Source of the DNA: a virus
Lineage: Duplodnaviria > Caudoviricetes
IMG/VR virus record: IMGVR_UViG_3300020202_000083
Coordinates: 1-60,495 of that record
DNA length: 60,495 nucleotides
Strand: one strand, 5' to 3'
Of the stretch, positions 9,423 to 18,412 are shown one piece after another; position 1 is the first letter of the stretch, and the number at the start of each line of letters is the position of its first letter. The translations under genes were made by a program, and so were the position numbers. The notes below the pieces were generated by a model that was given only the letters and a program-made list of their open reading frames with translations, made no database searches and was not told the DNA's origin.

Positions 9423-9798
9423 TCCCTCCCTTTCCGAGCTGCGCGCCATGTTGGCCTCCGGTCGAAAAGTGCATCCGCGCACGGGACTCGCGATCGAGAA
9501 GCATATCCGAAGCGAAGAGGCGGCCATGCGTCGTGCGCTGTACAGAGCAAAGGCTGACATCGCACGCCGAGAGAGAACCCTCACCAAGCTGGTCGGTGGC
9601 GTGGATGAGGCACGGCGCGATTACCTTGCCGCGAAGGCCAAGCGAAGGCGAAGGCAGGAAGCAGAAAGGGACAGCTGGTCGGCATTCCTTGCCGAGGAAA
9701 CAACTCGGGTGGCGGTCCCACGTGGTGCGAGGGCGAGGCAACGGAAGCTCCGCATGGAGGAACTCGGCTTCACCGGTAGGGAGATGGGTTATGGCTAA
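9415..9798 (+). CDS. Basic hypothetical protein
   Basis: Arg/Lys-rich ORF overlapping terL stop. Confidence 0.5.
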   Translation: MANPSLSELRAMLASGRKVHPRTGLAIEKHIRSEEAAMRRALYRAKADIARRERTLTKLVGGVDEARRDYLAAKAKRRRRQEAERDSWSAFLAEETTRVAVPRGARARQRKLRMEELGFTGREMGYG

Positions 9799-10135
9799 GC
9801 GCAATCCTTTCAGGTTCACGTGGCGCGACCACGTCCGCAGGTGGTGGTACCGCTGGCGGCCGTACGAGGATAGCTACACGCGGCACGGCCGACGGCGCGT
9901 CTGGGCTACGCCCGCGGGTTACGCTGAGCTGCTCTGGCACCGACTCGGCTGCTGGTTGGGGTGGGTCCCGCACGCGAAGAACGACGCGCTGGGACCAGAG
10001 AACGCCTTCTACGCGCGGCACCCACAATGGGCGAAGAATCGCGAGAACGACCGCCGGACGATACGTGAGCTGCAGGCTGTTCAAGACAAGCGCAACGAGC
10101 AGGCCGAGCGCCTCTTGAGGTACCGCAATGGCTAA
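9791..10135 (+). CDS. Hypothetical protein
   Basis: MAKRNPF start behind GGGAG; overlaps portal start. Confidence 0.45.
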   Translation: MAKRNPFRFTWRDHVRRWWYRWRPYEDSYTRHGRRRVWATPAGYAELLWHRLGCWLGWVPHAKNDALGPENAFYARHPQWAKNRENDRRTIRELQAVQDKRNEQAERLLRYRNG

Positions 10136-12137
10136 GCGCAAAGTCCCCAACGTCACCCGTGATGCGGGCAGCATCGGAGAGTTCGACAAGCCCTGGCATC
10201 AGCTCGACAAGAAAGAGATGGGCGTCGAAGTCTCGCGCCTATTCGACACTTTCCGCAAAGAGCAGGCTGGTAGACGCGCGCGCTACGTCAAGAACCTCGA
10301 GATGTACGAGAACCGTTCGCTCGGCGGCCACACGGCGCACAGCTACATGGGCGATGGCGCGAAGGATTGGCAGAACCCAGACCGCCTCGGGATCCTGCGC
10401 TCCATGGTGAGCAGCGCTGTAGCCAGTATCTACGCGCCTCAGAAGCCCAAGCCCCAGTTTCAGACGCTCGGCGCCACTTGGGCCACGCGCCGCAAAGCGT
10501 ATCGACTTGACCGTATCTGCGAAGGCATCATCAACCAGCGGCAGGACGATTACGTCAACACCTGGGCGTTCACGCTCGACGCTGCAGTCGATTGCGTGCT
10601 CCAGGGTGTGGCCCCCATCAAGGTCATTGCCGACACGGAGGAGATGCGGATCACGCACAAGCTGGTCCCGCACCCCGACATCTATACGGACCCGGCCGAG
10701 GGACGGAACCCGAAGAACCTATTCCAGCGCGAGCCAATCGACGCGAGTCTAGCCATCAAGCTTTGGCCCAAGGCACGTCAGGCCATCGTCGGCGCGCGCC
10801 CCTACGAGTGGTTCGGGCGCGCCTCCACGCAGCGCCCACGGTCGACCAAGGTCATCGAGCTGCAGTATGCGTGGCGGCTGCCGTTCGGTCCGAAGAAACC
10901 TGGCCGCTGGTGCGCTGTCATCAACTCTGAGGTCGTCGACGAAGGAGAATGGACAGCGCCGGCCTTCCCGTTCGTCTGGCTTGGCTGGGAAAGGCACCGG
11001 GACGGCTTTTGGTGGAGCGGCCTCGGCGACGAGGTGGGTGGTATGGCCGCTAATGCGGCTGAGGTCGACTTGCGTCTGTACTACCGGATGCTCGTCGCGA
11101 GCGGGAAGAAGGTTTTTTACCACTCCGGCGCGGTCTCTAACCCTGACGATCTCATGCTGAACGAGGCCGTTACGGGAGTCGCAATCACGGACGGCGCTCC
11201 GTTCCCGCAAGAGAGCCTAACCCCGCCCTTCTCGCCAATGGAGCTCGAGTTCCGAGACAGCAAGGTGCGTGACGTGTGGGACGCGGCCGGCATCTCGCAA
11301 ACCAGTGCTGCCGCGCGTCGAGAGCCGAATATCACGAGCGGCATCGCGCAACTCACGCTGAACGACACCAAGGCGGGCCGGCAGCTCACCAAGGGTCAGC
11401 GCTACGAGAACCTCTTCGTTGACCTGGCTCACCAATACATGTGGCGCCTGCGCGAGCTCGCTGAGAAGGACAAGAATTTCGCGGTCAAGTACCCGGGGAA
11501 GAACATGCTCCGGAGTTACAAGGTAGCCGACAGCGATCTGCCGGACGATGAGTTCTCGGTAACGGTCGCGCCGAGCTCGGCACTGCCTCACGACCCGGCA
11601 GGCAGGCAGGAGATGGTGAGCCAGCTGTTCTCTGCTGGACTCGTTGATCAGGAGCAGGCGAAAAACCTCATCGGCTGGCCCGACCTCGAGGGCGAGCTGA
11701 ACATCGAGAACGCCGAAAGCGAGTACGTCGATATGTTGATCGACAAGTACCTCGATGCCGACGAGGACAAGTGGGGCATGGGCGACTACCAGGGGCCCGA
11801 GGGCTTCCTGATGAACAAGATGTATGCGCTCCGGCGCTTTGTTAGCGCTTGGGCCAGGGCACGCGTCGACCAAGCCGTGCTTCCGCCGGACGAGCAAGCG
11901 AAGGCAGACTTCAACATCGACCTGCTGGTCCGCTACATCAAGGAGCTCGTGGCCATGCTGGCGCCGCCTGTGGAGCGCTCGGGCCCTGGGCCACAAGTAC
12001 AAGGCCCGCCGCCACCGGTGATGCCGCCTGGAGCCCCTGGGCCGGGCCCAATGCCCGGAGCGCCGCCTGTTGGCGGACCGCCGAGGCCGCCAGGCCCACC
12101 GATGATGCCACCCGGAGCGCCGCCCATCGCGGCCTAG
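10128..12137 (+). CDS. Portal protein with Pro-rich C-terminal tail
   Basis: 669 aa following terL; helical, ITSGIA motif typical of podoviral portals. Confidence 0.75.
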   Translation: MAKRKVPNVTRDAGSIGEFDKPWHQLDKKEMGVEVSRLFDTFRKEQAGRRARYVKNLEMYENRSLGGHTAHSYMGDGAKDWQNPDRLGILRSMVSSAVASIYAPQKPKPQFQTLGATWATRRKAYRLDRICEGIINQRQDDYVNTWAFTLDAAVDCVLQGVAPIKVIADTEEMRITHKLVPHPDIYTDPAEGRNPKNLFQREPIDASLAIKLWPKARQAIVGARPYEWFGRASTQRPRSTKVIELQYAWRLPFGPKKPGRWCAVINSEVVDEGEWTAPAFPFVWLGWERHRDGFWWSGLGDEVGGMAANAAEVDLRLYYRMLVASGKKVFYHSGAVSNPDDLMLNEAVTGVAITDGAPFPQESLTPPFSPMELEFRDSKVRDVWDAAGISQTSAAARREPNITSGIAQLTLNDTKAGRQLTKGQRYENLFVDLAHQYMWRLRELAEKDKNFAVKYPGKNMLRSYKVADSDLPDDEFSVTVAPSSALPHDPAGRQEMVSQLFSAGLVDQEQAKNLIGWPDLEGELNIENAESEYVDMLIDKYLDADEDKWGMGDYQGPEGFLMNKMYALRRFVSAWARARVDQAVLPPDEQAKADFNIDLLVRYIKELVAMLAPPVERSGPGPQVQGPPPPVMPPGAPGPGPMPGAPPVGGPPRPPGPPMMPPGAPPIAA

Positions 12138-12144
12138 GAGACGT

Positions 12145-13452
12145 ATGTCCGACACCGCAACCGCAGCAGCAGCCGAACCCCAAGCACCACCGACCGCAGA
12201 GCCCGCACAGCCGGCAGCAGACAAGCCAGCGGGCATCGTGCGCGGCCCAGGGGGGCGTTTCCAGAAGGCCAAAGAGCTGCCGACGCTGTCCGAGCGCATG
12301 GCGGCCAAGGAGCGCGAGCTCGCCAAAAAGCCGGCGCCCAAGGTGCCCGGTGACACGGACGATGATGGCGACGAGGAGCAGCCCGCGAAGCCGCAGAAGA
12401 GCTCTGTCGGTGAAAAGAAGCCGACCGTAGCGAAGTCAGTCACGAAGCAGGAATCGGAGGAGGGCGACGACGAGGAGACCACTGGGCAACCCAAGCCACG
12501 TCGGGAGACTGTAGAGTCCGACGAGCCGGAAAAGCCAGAAAAGCCCGAGAATTTCACGCAAGAGCGGCTGCGTTTCACTGAGTGGAAGCGCCGGCAGCGA
12601 GAAGCGTTCGAGTCGCAGCTGCGAGCGGAGCGACAGAAGTTCGAAGAAGAGATCAAGACGGAGCGCAGCAAATTCGACGAAGAGCGTACCAAGTTCACGC
12701 CGCGCATGGAGAAGGCCGAGCGCGTGCTGCAGCTCATGGAGTCTGCGGCCTATGAGGAGCTCGCAAAAGAAGCCGGCTACGAGGACTGGGAGAAGTTCCA
12801 GGGACACGTGCTGGGCGTCATCACCGACCCGAACTACAAGCGCACGCGCGAGCTAGAACGACATCTCCAAGAGCGCGACGCGCGCGAGAAGAAGGAGCGC
12901 GAAGAGCGGGAGACGCGCGAAAAGACCGAGCGCGAGAAGGCCGAACAGAGGGCGAGGGCAGAGCAGCGCGCCCGGGCAATCGCTGGCCACAAGAAGGCAC
13001 TCAGCGAGGCCATGGCCAAGAGCTCCGATCGTACGGTGGCGGCGATGGCGGACGATCCGGTGTTCGTCGGCACCGTGTTCGAGATCCAGCGCCAGAATTA
13101 CGACCCAAGCACGCAGACTACGGTCACGCCCGAGCAGGCGGTCCGTATGGCGATGCGTGGAGCCCCGCGAACGTTGCTCGAAGAGCTGACGGTGCTCCGC
13201 AATCGTCTGAACAAGGCACTGGGCGAGGCGGCCGAACAGACTACGGCAGCGCCACCTGCTACGCCTGTAGCGAAGCCGCCCAAGACCGCTGTCGTTCCAT
13301 CCACTGCGACAGTCGAGCCGGCCGGAGCCGGCAAGTTCAAGGGGCCGAAAGATCCGGCCTGGAAGGCCTACATGGCCAAGCGCTTGGCTGAAGCCGCCGA
13401 CGAGGAGGAGAAGGAGCTCTTCGAGCGTCGGGCGAAGAAGGCTGCGCGCTAG
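12145..13452 (+). CDS. Capsid scaffolding protein
   Basis: Highly charged, coiled-coil, disordered N-terminus; between portal and capsid; AGGAG RBS. Confidence 0.65.
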   Translation: MSDTATAAAAEPQAPPTAEPAQPAADKPAGIVRGPGGRFQKAKELPTLSERMAAKERELAKKPAPKVPGDTDDDGDEEQPAKPQKSSVGEKKPTVAKSVTKQESEEGDDEETTGQPKPRRETVESDEPEKPEKPENFTQERLRFTEWKRRQREAFESQLRAERQKFEEEIKTERSKFDEERTKFTPRMEKAERVLQLMESAAYEELAKEAGYEDWEKFQGHVLGVITDPNYKRTRELERHLQERDAREKKEREERETREKTEREKAEQRARAEQRARAIAGHKKALSEAMAKSSDRTVAAMADDPVFVGTVFEIQRQNYDPSTQTTVTPEQAVRMAMRGAPRTLLEELTVLRNRLNKALGEAAEQTTAAPPATPVAKPPKTAVVPSTATVEPAGAGKFKGPKDPAWKAYMAKRLAEAADEEEKELFERRAKKAAR

Positions 13453-13667
13453 CCCCTCAACCTCCGCTTCGCCCGTCTGAGCTCCTCCCGCTCGACCAGT
13501 TCCTGAACGAGCTCGCCCATGCTTACGTCGCTGGCCTTGGCTAGTGCGGCCAGGCGCTCGCGGTAGCCTGGCATCACCCGGACCTTGAGCTGAACCTGGC
13601 CGCGCTTGCTACGCTCGGCTTCGGGAATGGTCGGGCCGGAGGGGCCGGAGGGGCGGGGCTTGGTCAC
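13449..13667 (-). CDS. Ribbon-helix-helix (CopG/Arc-like) DNA-binding protein
   Basis: QVQLKVRV beta strand, RERLAALAKASDVSMGELVQELV helices. Confidence 0.65.
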   Translation of the reverse strand: MTKPRPSGPSGPTIPEAERSKRGQVQLKVRVMPGYRERLAALAKASDVSMGELVQELVEREELRRAKRRLRG

Positions 13668-13867
13668 CGGTCGCCCCCCTCGCCCACGGGCGTGGTCGCG
13701 AACCGCGATTCCCACAACGTAACGAGAAACGCCTCTAGCTTGTCGTGCGCCGTCTGCGCGTGCTCAATGCCGATCGGCTCGTCGTTCTCAGTGTCTGCGT
13801 TGTCGATGCACTGGCCGAGCGCTTCCCAGATCGCCTTGAGCTCGTCGTATGTGAATTGCGGTCCCAT
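13664..13867 (-). CDS. Hypothetical protein (antisense island)
   Basis: GGGGAG RBS, coupled. Confidence 0.55.
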   Translation of the reverse strand: MGPQFTYDELKAIWEALGQCIDNADTENDEPIGIEHAQTAHDKLEAFLVTLWESRFATTPVGEGGDR

Positions 13868-14106
13868 CACTCCCCCTCGCTCGCGGGCTTGGTGGCGGCC
13901 AGCGCATCGGGTACGCGCCAACCGCGCGACTCGTACGCGCGGCGGTAAAACTCAACCGTGCAACGAACCACGGGCTCCCCTGGGAGAGCCTGTCCGTTCG
14001 CGTGTCGGTCTGACACCAACGTCTCCAGGCGCTTGCGGTCGAAGTCCCACACGTTGATCGCCGGGACGCCTAAATCCGAAAATGCTGCATAAAGAGTCGT
14101 TCGCAT
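13867..14106 (-). CDS. Hypothetical protein (antisense island)
   Basis: AGGAGG RBS before MRTTLY. Confidence 0.6.
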   Translation of the reverse strand: MRTTLYAAFSDLGVPAINVWDFDRKRLETLVSDRHANGQALPGEPVVRCTVEFYRRAYESRGWRVPDALAATKPASEGE

Positions 14107-14127
14107 CTTTCCTCCTAGCTGCCTCAA

Positions 14128-14322
14128 CTAGCGGGTATTTTTCGCAAGACACGCCGTGCAAGTGACGTGCTTCCGGTTGGAGGAGCCGCATGCCGCATCG
14201 GGGTCCCAGTCGCTAGGGCCACCGACGCGAGTACGGACACCACACAGGGCGATACGCTCTGACTTATCGAGCGTCGGGCCATTGGCGATCGGTACGTAGT
14301 GCGTGATTGCAGTCGTGCTCAT
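14128..14322 (-). CDS. Small Cys/His Zn-binding protein
   Basis: THY...ALCG...VTCTAC; AGGAG RBS. Confidence 0.6.
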   Translation of the reverse strand: MSTTAITHYVPIANGPTLDKSERIALCGVRTRVGGPSDWDPDAACGSSNRKHVTCTACLAKNTR

Positions 14323-14342
14323 GCTGGTCTCCTAACCACCAA

Positions 14343-14371
14343 AGCCCTCCGAGCATGACGCCGGGAGGGCT
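14343..14371. terminator. GC-rich hairpin (terminator/attenuator-like)
   Basis: AGCCCTCC...GGAGGGCT inverted repeat with short T runs on both strands. Confidence 0.45.
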
Positions 14372-14529
14372 GGGGGTTTTCTCAGTCGGTTGTCTCCGCT
14401 TGCCACTGCGTCCGCGGCGCGACGGTCCTGATTCGCCGGCTTCCCGCTAGGGCTGTCATCACCGCTACAGCCTCCAAAGTTCAGCCGTTCTGCTCTCGGC
14501 TGTCCGTCAGCATCGCTGCCAACACAATC

Positions 14530-14557
14530 AATCTAACCACCGGTACCCCGCGCGCAA
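14530..14557 (-). promoter_or_regulatory. Sigma70-like promoter for the antisense island with GGGGTACC operator-like spacer
   Basis: Minus strand TTGCGC-N16-TAGATT; spacer element repeated inverted at ~14674-14695. Confidence 0.5.
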
Positions 14558-14748
14558 GGGGTGCCTGTCGCTTTGTGTGGCCGGACGGAACGGGCAGCCG
14601 GCGCCGATGGCGACCGGTGTATTTCACTGCCGAGGAATGCCTCCGCCGAGCCGTTCCGGCACAGAAGATTACACGCGGGGTACCAATCGGTGGTTGAGCA
14701 CGGCATATCGCTGCTGCGTACATTGCCGCACCCATTGTACTGTTGACG

Positions 14749-14777
14749 TTTACAGTCGCGCCGACCTGTGCCACAAT
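14749..14777 (+). promoter_or_regulatory. Promoter for the major capsid gene
   Basis: TTTACA-N17-CACAAT with extended TG. Confidence 0.55.
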
Positions 14778-14906
14778 GGTCGGGCCACAGTCGAGTAATC
14801 CTCAGCAGTGGCTTTGTCCTGGCGAGAGCCAGTGAGAGCGGTCCGGGCCGCGTACCCAAGCCCGAGAAAACAACGAAAGGCGCTCCGTGCGCCGAGAGGT
14901 TTTCTC

Positions 14907-16178
14907 ATGGCTGGCTCGTCTCTCACCACATTCGCTGCTCTGATGAAGGAGAAGTACGAAGACTCCGACATCGTCGAGCAGCTCGTCTATCCGCAAAACG
15001 TTCTCCTTGGCATGCTCGAAAAGCGCGGGGACGAAGGCATGGTCGGCAACGTCATGCCGGTGCCGTACTTCACGGCCAACCCGCAGGGCGTCAGCGGCAC
15101 CTTCGCGGATACCCAGACGGTTGCGGCGCTCACCGCCGGCAACACTGTCTCGCATCAGCTCAACATCGAAGCCGGCGAGTATTACGGCGACGTCGAGATC
15201 GGTGACAAGGTTCTGAAGATGTCCCGGACCAACCGGGGCGCATTCTTGGCCAACAAGGAGGTCGAAATCGACGGCTTGTGGGAGACCGCGGGCGAGTCGC
15301 TCAACCTCTACGCCTGGGGCAACGGTGGTCAGGCACTTGGACGGATCAAGGCCATCAGCGGCAACCTGGTCACGCTGGAGAACGCCTCTGACGCGGCCAA
15401 TTTCGAGTCGGGAATGCTCGTTGTGGCCTCGGCTGATGACGGTTCCGTGTCGACGCACTCGCTCCGGTCTGGCTCCGACGCCATCGACGGCATTAACCGC
15501 GCGACCGGTGTACTCGATTTCGACAACGTGGCCGACATCACTGGTCTCGCGGTCGGCGATTACCTGTTCCGCAAGGGCGACTTCTTCGGCGACCAGGGGG
15601 TCGTTGTGGTCAAGGGTGTCGAAGCCTTCATCACCCGTACGGACAGTCCGGCGGCTCTCTGGGGCGTGGCCGCGGCAACCCGCGCGCTCGACCCGCAGCG
15701 CCATGCTGGCTACCGCCTCGACTCGGCTGAGCTCATCGGCAAGAACATCGAGGAGCGTATCCGTATCCTGTGCGCACAGGGCACGAGTCGTTTCAAGGCG
15801 CGTCCGTTCACGGCTGGCTTCCTCCATCCCGAGGATTTCGTCGTGCTCGAAACGCTCATGGCGGCTCGCGGTACTCGGGCACTCGAAGATCAGAATACGA
15901 AGTTCGGGTATATGAAGATCGACGTAGTGACGGGCTCCGGCAGGATCCCGATCTACTGCGATCGTCACTGCCCGCGCGGCCACTTCTTCGGTCTCCGGAT
16001 GGAAGATTGGTGGCTCTCGAGCGTTGGTGAGCTGTTCCACCCGCAGGAAGAAGATGGTCTCGTCATCCTGCGCAAGCACAACTCGACCAACTACGAGTAT
16101 CGCCTGCTCTCCTACCCGCTCATTGCTTGCCGCGCGATGAAGAACAGCGGCCGAGTACCGATCTCGGCGGCCGCGTAA
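14907..16178 (+). CDS. Major capsid protein
   Basis: 423 aa, N-terminal AALMKEKY motif, GAGAGG RBS, strongly biased codons, follows scaffold. Confidence 0.8.
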   Translation: MAGSSLTTFAALMKEKYEDSDIVEQLVYPQNVLLGMLEKRGDEGMVGNVMPVPYFTANPQGVSGTFADTQTVAALTAGNTVSHQLNIEAGEYYGDVEIGDKVLKMSRTNRGAFLANKEVEIDGLWETAGESLNLYAWGNGGQALGRIKAISGNLVTLENASDAANFESGMLVVASADDGSVSTHSLRSGSDAIDGINRATGVLDFDNVADITGLAVGDYLFRKGDFFGDQGVVVVKGVEAFITRTDSPAALWGVAAATRALDPQRHAGYRLDSAELIGKNIEERIRILCAQGTSRFKARPFTAGFLHPEDFVVLETLMAARGTRALEDQNTKFGYMKIDVVTGSGRIPIYCDRHCPRGHFFGLRMEDWWLSSVGELFHPQEEDGLVILRKHNSTNYEYRLLSYPLIACRAMKNSGRVPISAAA

Positions 16179-16188
16179 GGAGCCGCCC

Positions 16189-16638
16189 ATGCCCGTCAAC
16201 CACCTGAGCGAAGTCGAGCAGTTTCCGCTGAACGTCATCGGACCGAAGGGCCCGCATGCGTTCGTCGGCAGTCATCAGGCGCTCTTTCAGGGCCCCACCG
16301 GGCTCGTGGCAACGAGTTTCGGCATCGCCGGCGTCACGATTGGGCGCCTGCGAACGGGCGTCTACGGCGTCAAGCACCCGCCTATCCAACATGCACAGAT
16401 CTGGCCGTCGATTCAGACGCCTTCGGGTCTTGGGTACGACGTCACATATCGCGGCATGAGTGGGCGCCCCTACAACTCGCACTCGGGTTACGCCGAGATC
16501 GCGATCACCAGGCCGGAGCAGGCGCCTGTCGTGACCGGAACCAATCCGAGCACGCTGGCGATGCACCACAACCCGCCAACCGGAGCCGTATTGGACCTGT
16601 TCTTCTACGCCTCCACGAGCAGTCCGCTTGGCTACTGA
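16189..16638 (+). CDS. Putative capsid decoration/minor virion protein
   Basis: Directly after MCP, AAGGAG RBS, beta-rich. Confidence 0.45.
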   Translation: MPVNHLSEVEQFPLNVIGPKGPHAFVGSHQALFQGPTGLVATSFGIAGVTIGRLRTGVYGVKHPPIQHAQIWPSIQTPSGLGYDVTYRGMSGRPYNSHSGYAEIAITRPEQAPVVTGTNPSTLAMHHNPPTGAVLDLFFYASTSSPLGY

Positions 16639-16876
16639 CGCCTACAAGGATGAGGAGGCTGGCTTTTCCGAAGAGGAGGAGCCGGCCTCCGATTTTGACA
16701 CCTTCGGCGCCGAGGCGCTCGGGATCTCCCTGGATGATCCAGATGCTCCCACGCGTCTCGCAGCGCTGAAGGAGGCCGTCATGGCCTGCATGGGCACGGA
16801 CTACAGCAAGGACGAGAAGAAGAAGAGCAAAGGAAAGACGGACGAGGGTTTCGCTCTGATTTTCGGAGAGGACTGA
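16628..16876 (+). CDS. Small acidic protein
   Basis: ORF in structural operon. Confidence 0.5.
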   Translation: MATDAYKDEEAGFSEEEEPASDFDTFGAEALGISLDDPDAPTRLAALKEAVMACMGTDYSKDEKKKSKGKTDEGFALIFGED

Positions 16877-16879
16877 CTC

Positions 16880-17608
16880 GTGAGCCGCAACGTCAGTTTG
16901 GGTCAGCTCATGGCTGACGTGAAAGACCAAGCGGACGTCATGGGTCTGGAGGCTCGTCACACGGCGAGCCTCCTCACCCGACGCATCAACCAGAGCATCC
17001 AGCGCTTCCGCGAGCGGCTTTCAACCGAGGGTTGCCAGCACTTCCTGACGAGCGCCACCAAGACGCTCTCAGCGGGTGCGACGAGTCCCTACCCCTTCTA
17101 CGCGCTTGATCTCTCCGGAGAGAACCCGAGCGTAGTACGTACCTACGCGGTGGATCTAACGGTGAACGGGGTCGTCAAGACCCTGGTCCACGTGCCGTTT
17201 GAAGACCGTGGGCGCTTTGGCGGCCCGAGCGCGCTTGGTGAGCCGCGTGCGTGGTGCAACTACCAGACTGCCAAAGTGGCCATCATGCCTGCGCCAGGCA
17301 GCGAGTATCAGGCGGTCGTCTGGTACTTGCCGGTGCTCCCAGACTTAGCGCTCGCCTCGGACACCTTCGACGGCGTAGCGGGCTGGGAAGAGTACATCGT
17401 TTGGGACGTGGTCTGCCAAGTCACCGTACGCGACCAGAACCCCGACGCGTACATGATGGTTGAGCAGACCCGCAACCGCATCTTCGTAGACATCTTGCGG
17501 TCGGCAACGAAGGTCAGCCGCGCGGGCGGCGCTGTTGTCGGGCGTGATCATCTCGGAGAACGCCTGGGCCTTGGCGTTGGGAGGGGCCGGCTCCTGCCGC
17601 CGCCTTAG
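16880..17608 (+). CDS. Head-to-tail adaptor (P22 gp4/T7 gp11-like)
   Basis: Size, position, LGQLMADVKDQAD N-helix, IMPAP...VWYLP...GWEEYIV pattern. Confidence 0.65.
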   Translation: MSRNVSLGQLMADVKDQADVMGLEARHTASLLTRRINQSIQRFRERLSTEGCQHFLTSATKTLSAGATSPYPFYALDLSGENPSVVRTYAVDLTVNGVVKTLVHVPFEDRGRFGGPSALGEPRAWCNYQTAKVAIMPAPGSEYQAVVWYLPVLPDLALASDTFDGVAGWEEYIVWDVVCQVTVRDQNPDAYMMVEQTRNRIFVDILRSATKVSRAGGAVVGRDHLGERLGLGVGRGRLLPPP

Positions 17609-17612
17609 CTCC

Positions 17613-17975
17613 ATGCGCATCGTTGTCCTGGATGATGAGACCTATCGCCACGAGTATTACCGCCAGGTGCACTCGGAGCACGACGTCGTTGCGTGCAAGA
17701 CCGTGGGTGAGTGCCGTGAGGCGCTGAAGAAGCCGTGCGACCTGCTTCTGCTCGACTACGACCTGGAACGCGGCAACTCCGCCGGTATCATTGCTGAGGT
17801 AGCCAGGCTCAAACATCGGCCTGGACGCATCGTCGTGCACTCGCGCAGCGAGCGTGGGGGGCCGTTTCTGGTGCGTGCGCTCAGGAACATCGGGATTCAG
17901 GCGGATAGCGAGCGCTTCTCCTACCGAAAAGCAAAGGAGCTGCTCGGTTATTTCCCCGCGAAGAGGGCCGGCTGA
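17613..17975 (+). CDS. Stand-alone receiver-fold protein, cyclic-phosphate-processing REC type
   Basis: IVVLDDE, LLLDYDL, IVVHSRS.RGG motifs. Confidence 0.6.
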   Translation: MRIVVLDDETYRHEYYRQVHSEHDVVACKTVGECREALKKPCDLLLLDYDLERGNSAGIIAEVARLKHRPGRIVVHSRSERGGPFLVRALRNIGIQADSERFSYRKAKELLGYFPAKRAG

Positions 17976-18412
17976 TGCGCATCGCTGTGTGCGGAGGTCC
18001 CAGGACCGGCAAGAGTACCTTTGCCAGCAAGCTCGCGCGAGAGCTTGGTATCGAGCTTTTCTCAACTGGCAAGAAGGCGGTCGTCGCTACCGACAACTTC
18101 ATCGGTGTCGGTTGGGACAACGTGCCGAAGTGCGTCATGGAGCGACTCGGTGAGCTCGACGACTGGATCCTCGAGGGCACACAGGCAACGCGCGTGCTGC
18201 GCCACTGGTACCGCACCGCTCCCGAGACGCTGAAGCTTGACCGCGTCCACTTCTTTGATCGCCCGTGGGTGCCGCGCAACGCCGGGCAACAGGCGATGGC
18301 GAAGGGCGTCAAGACCATCTGGCGCGAGGTGCGGCTCGAGCTCTTAAAGCGCGAGATCCCGATCATCTACGGCGTGGAGCAGGATCCAGCGCTCGGGCGG
18401 AGGAGCGCGTGA
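17975..18412 (+). CDS. P-loop nucleotide/polynucleotide kinase-like protein
   Basis: GGPRTGKST Walker A, ATD, WILEG. Confidence 0.75.
   Translation: MRIAVCGGPRTGKSTFASKLARELGIELFSTGKKAVVATDNFIGVGWDNVPKCVMERLGELDDWILEGTQATRVLRHWYRTAPETLKLDRVHFFDRPWVPRNAGQQAMAKGVKTIWREVRLELLKREIPIIYGVEQDPALGRRSA

Noticed and set aside
11965-12137. Repetitive CCG/GGC tract at the portal end
   Set aside because: Encodes a Pro/Gly low-complexity tail common in such portals; not an array
11217-12737. 506 aa minus-strand ORF and other long antisense ORFs (14802-16238, 41050-42225, 45640-46584)
   Set aside because: Shadow frames of real genes in GC-rich DNA; no motifs or RBS
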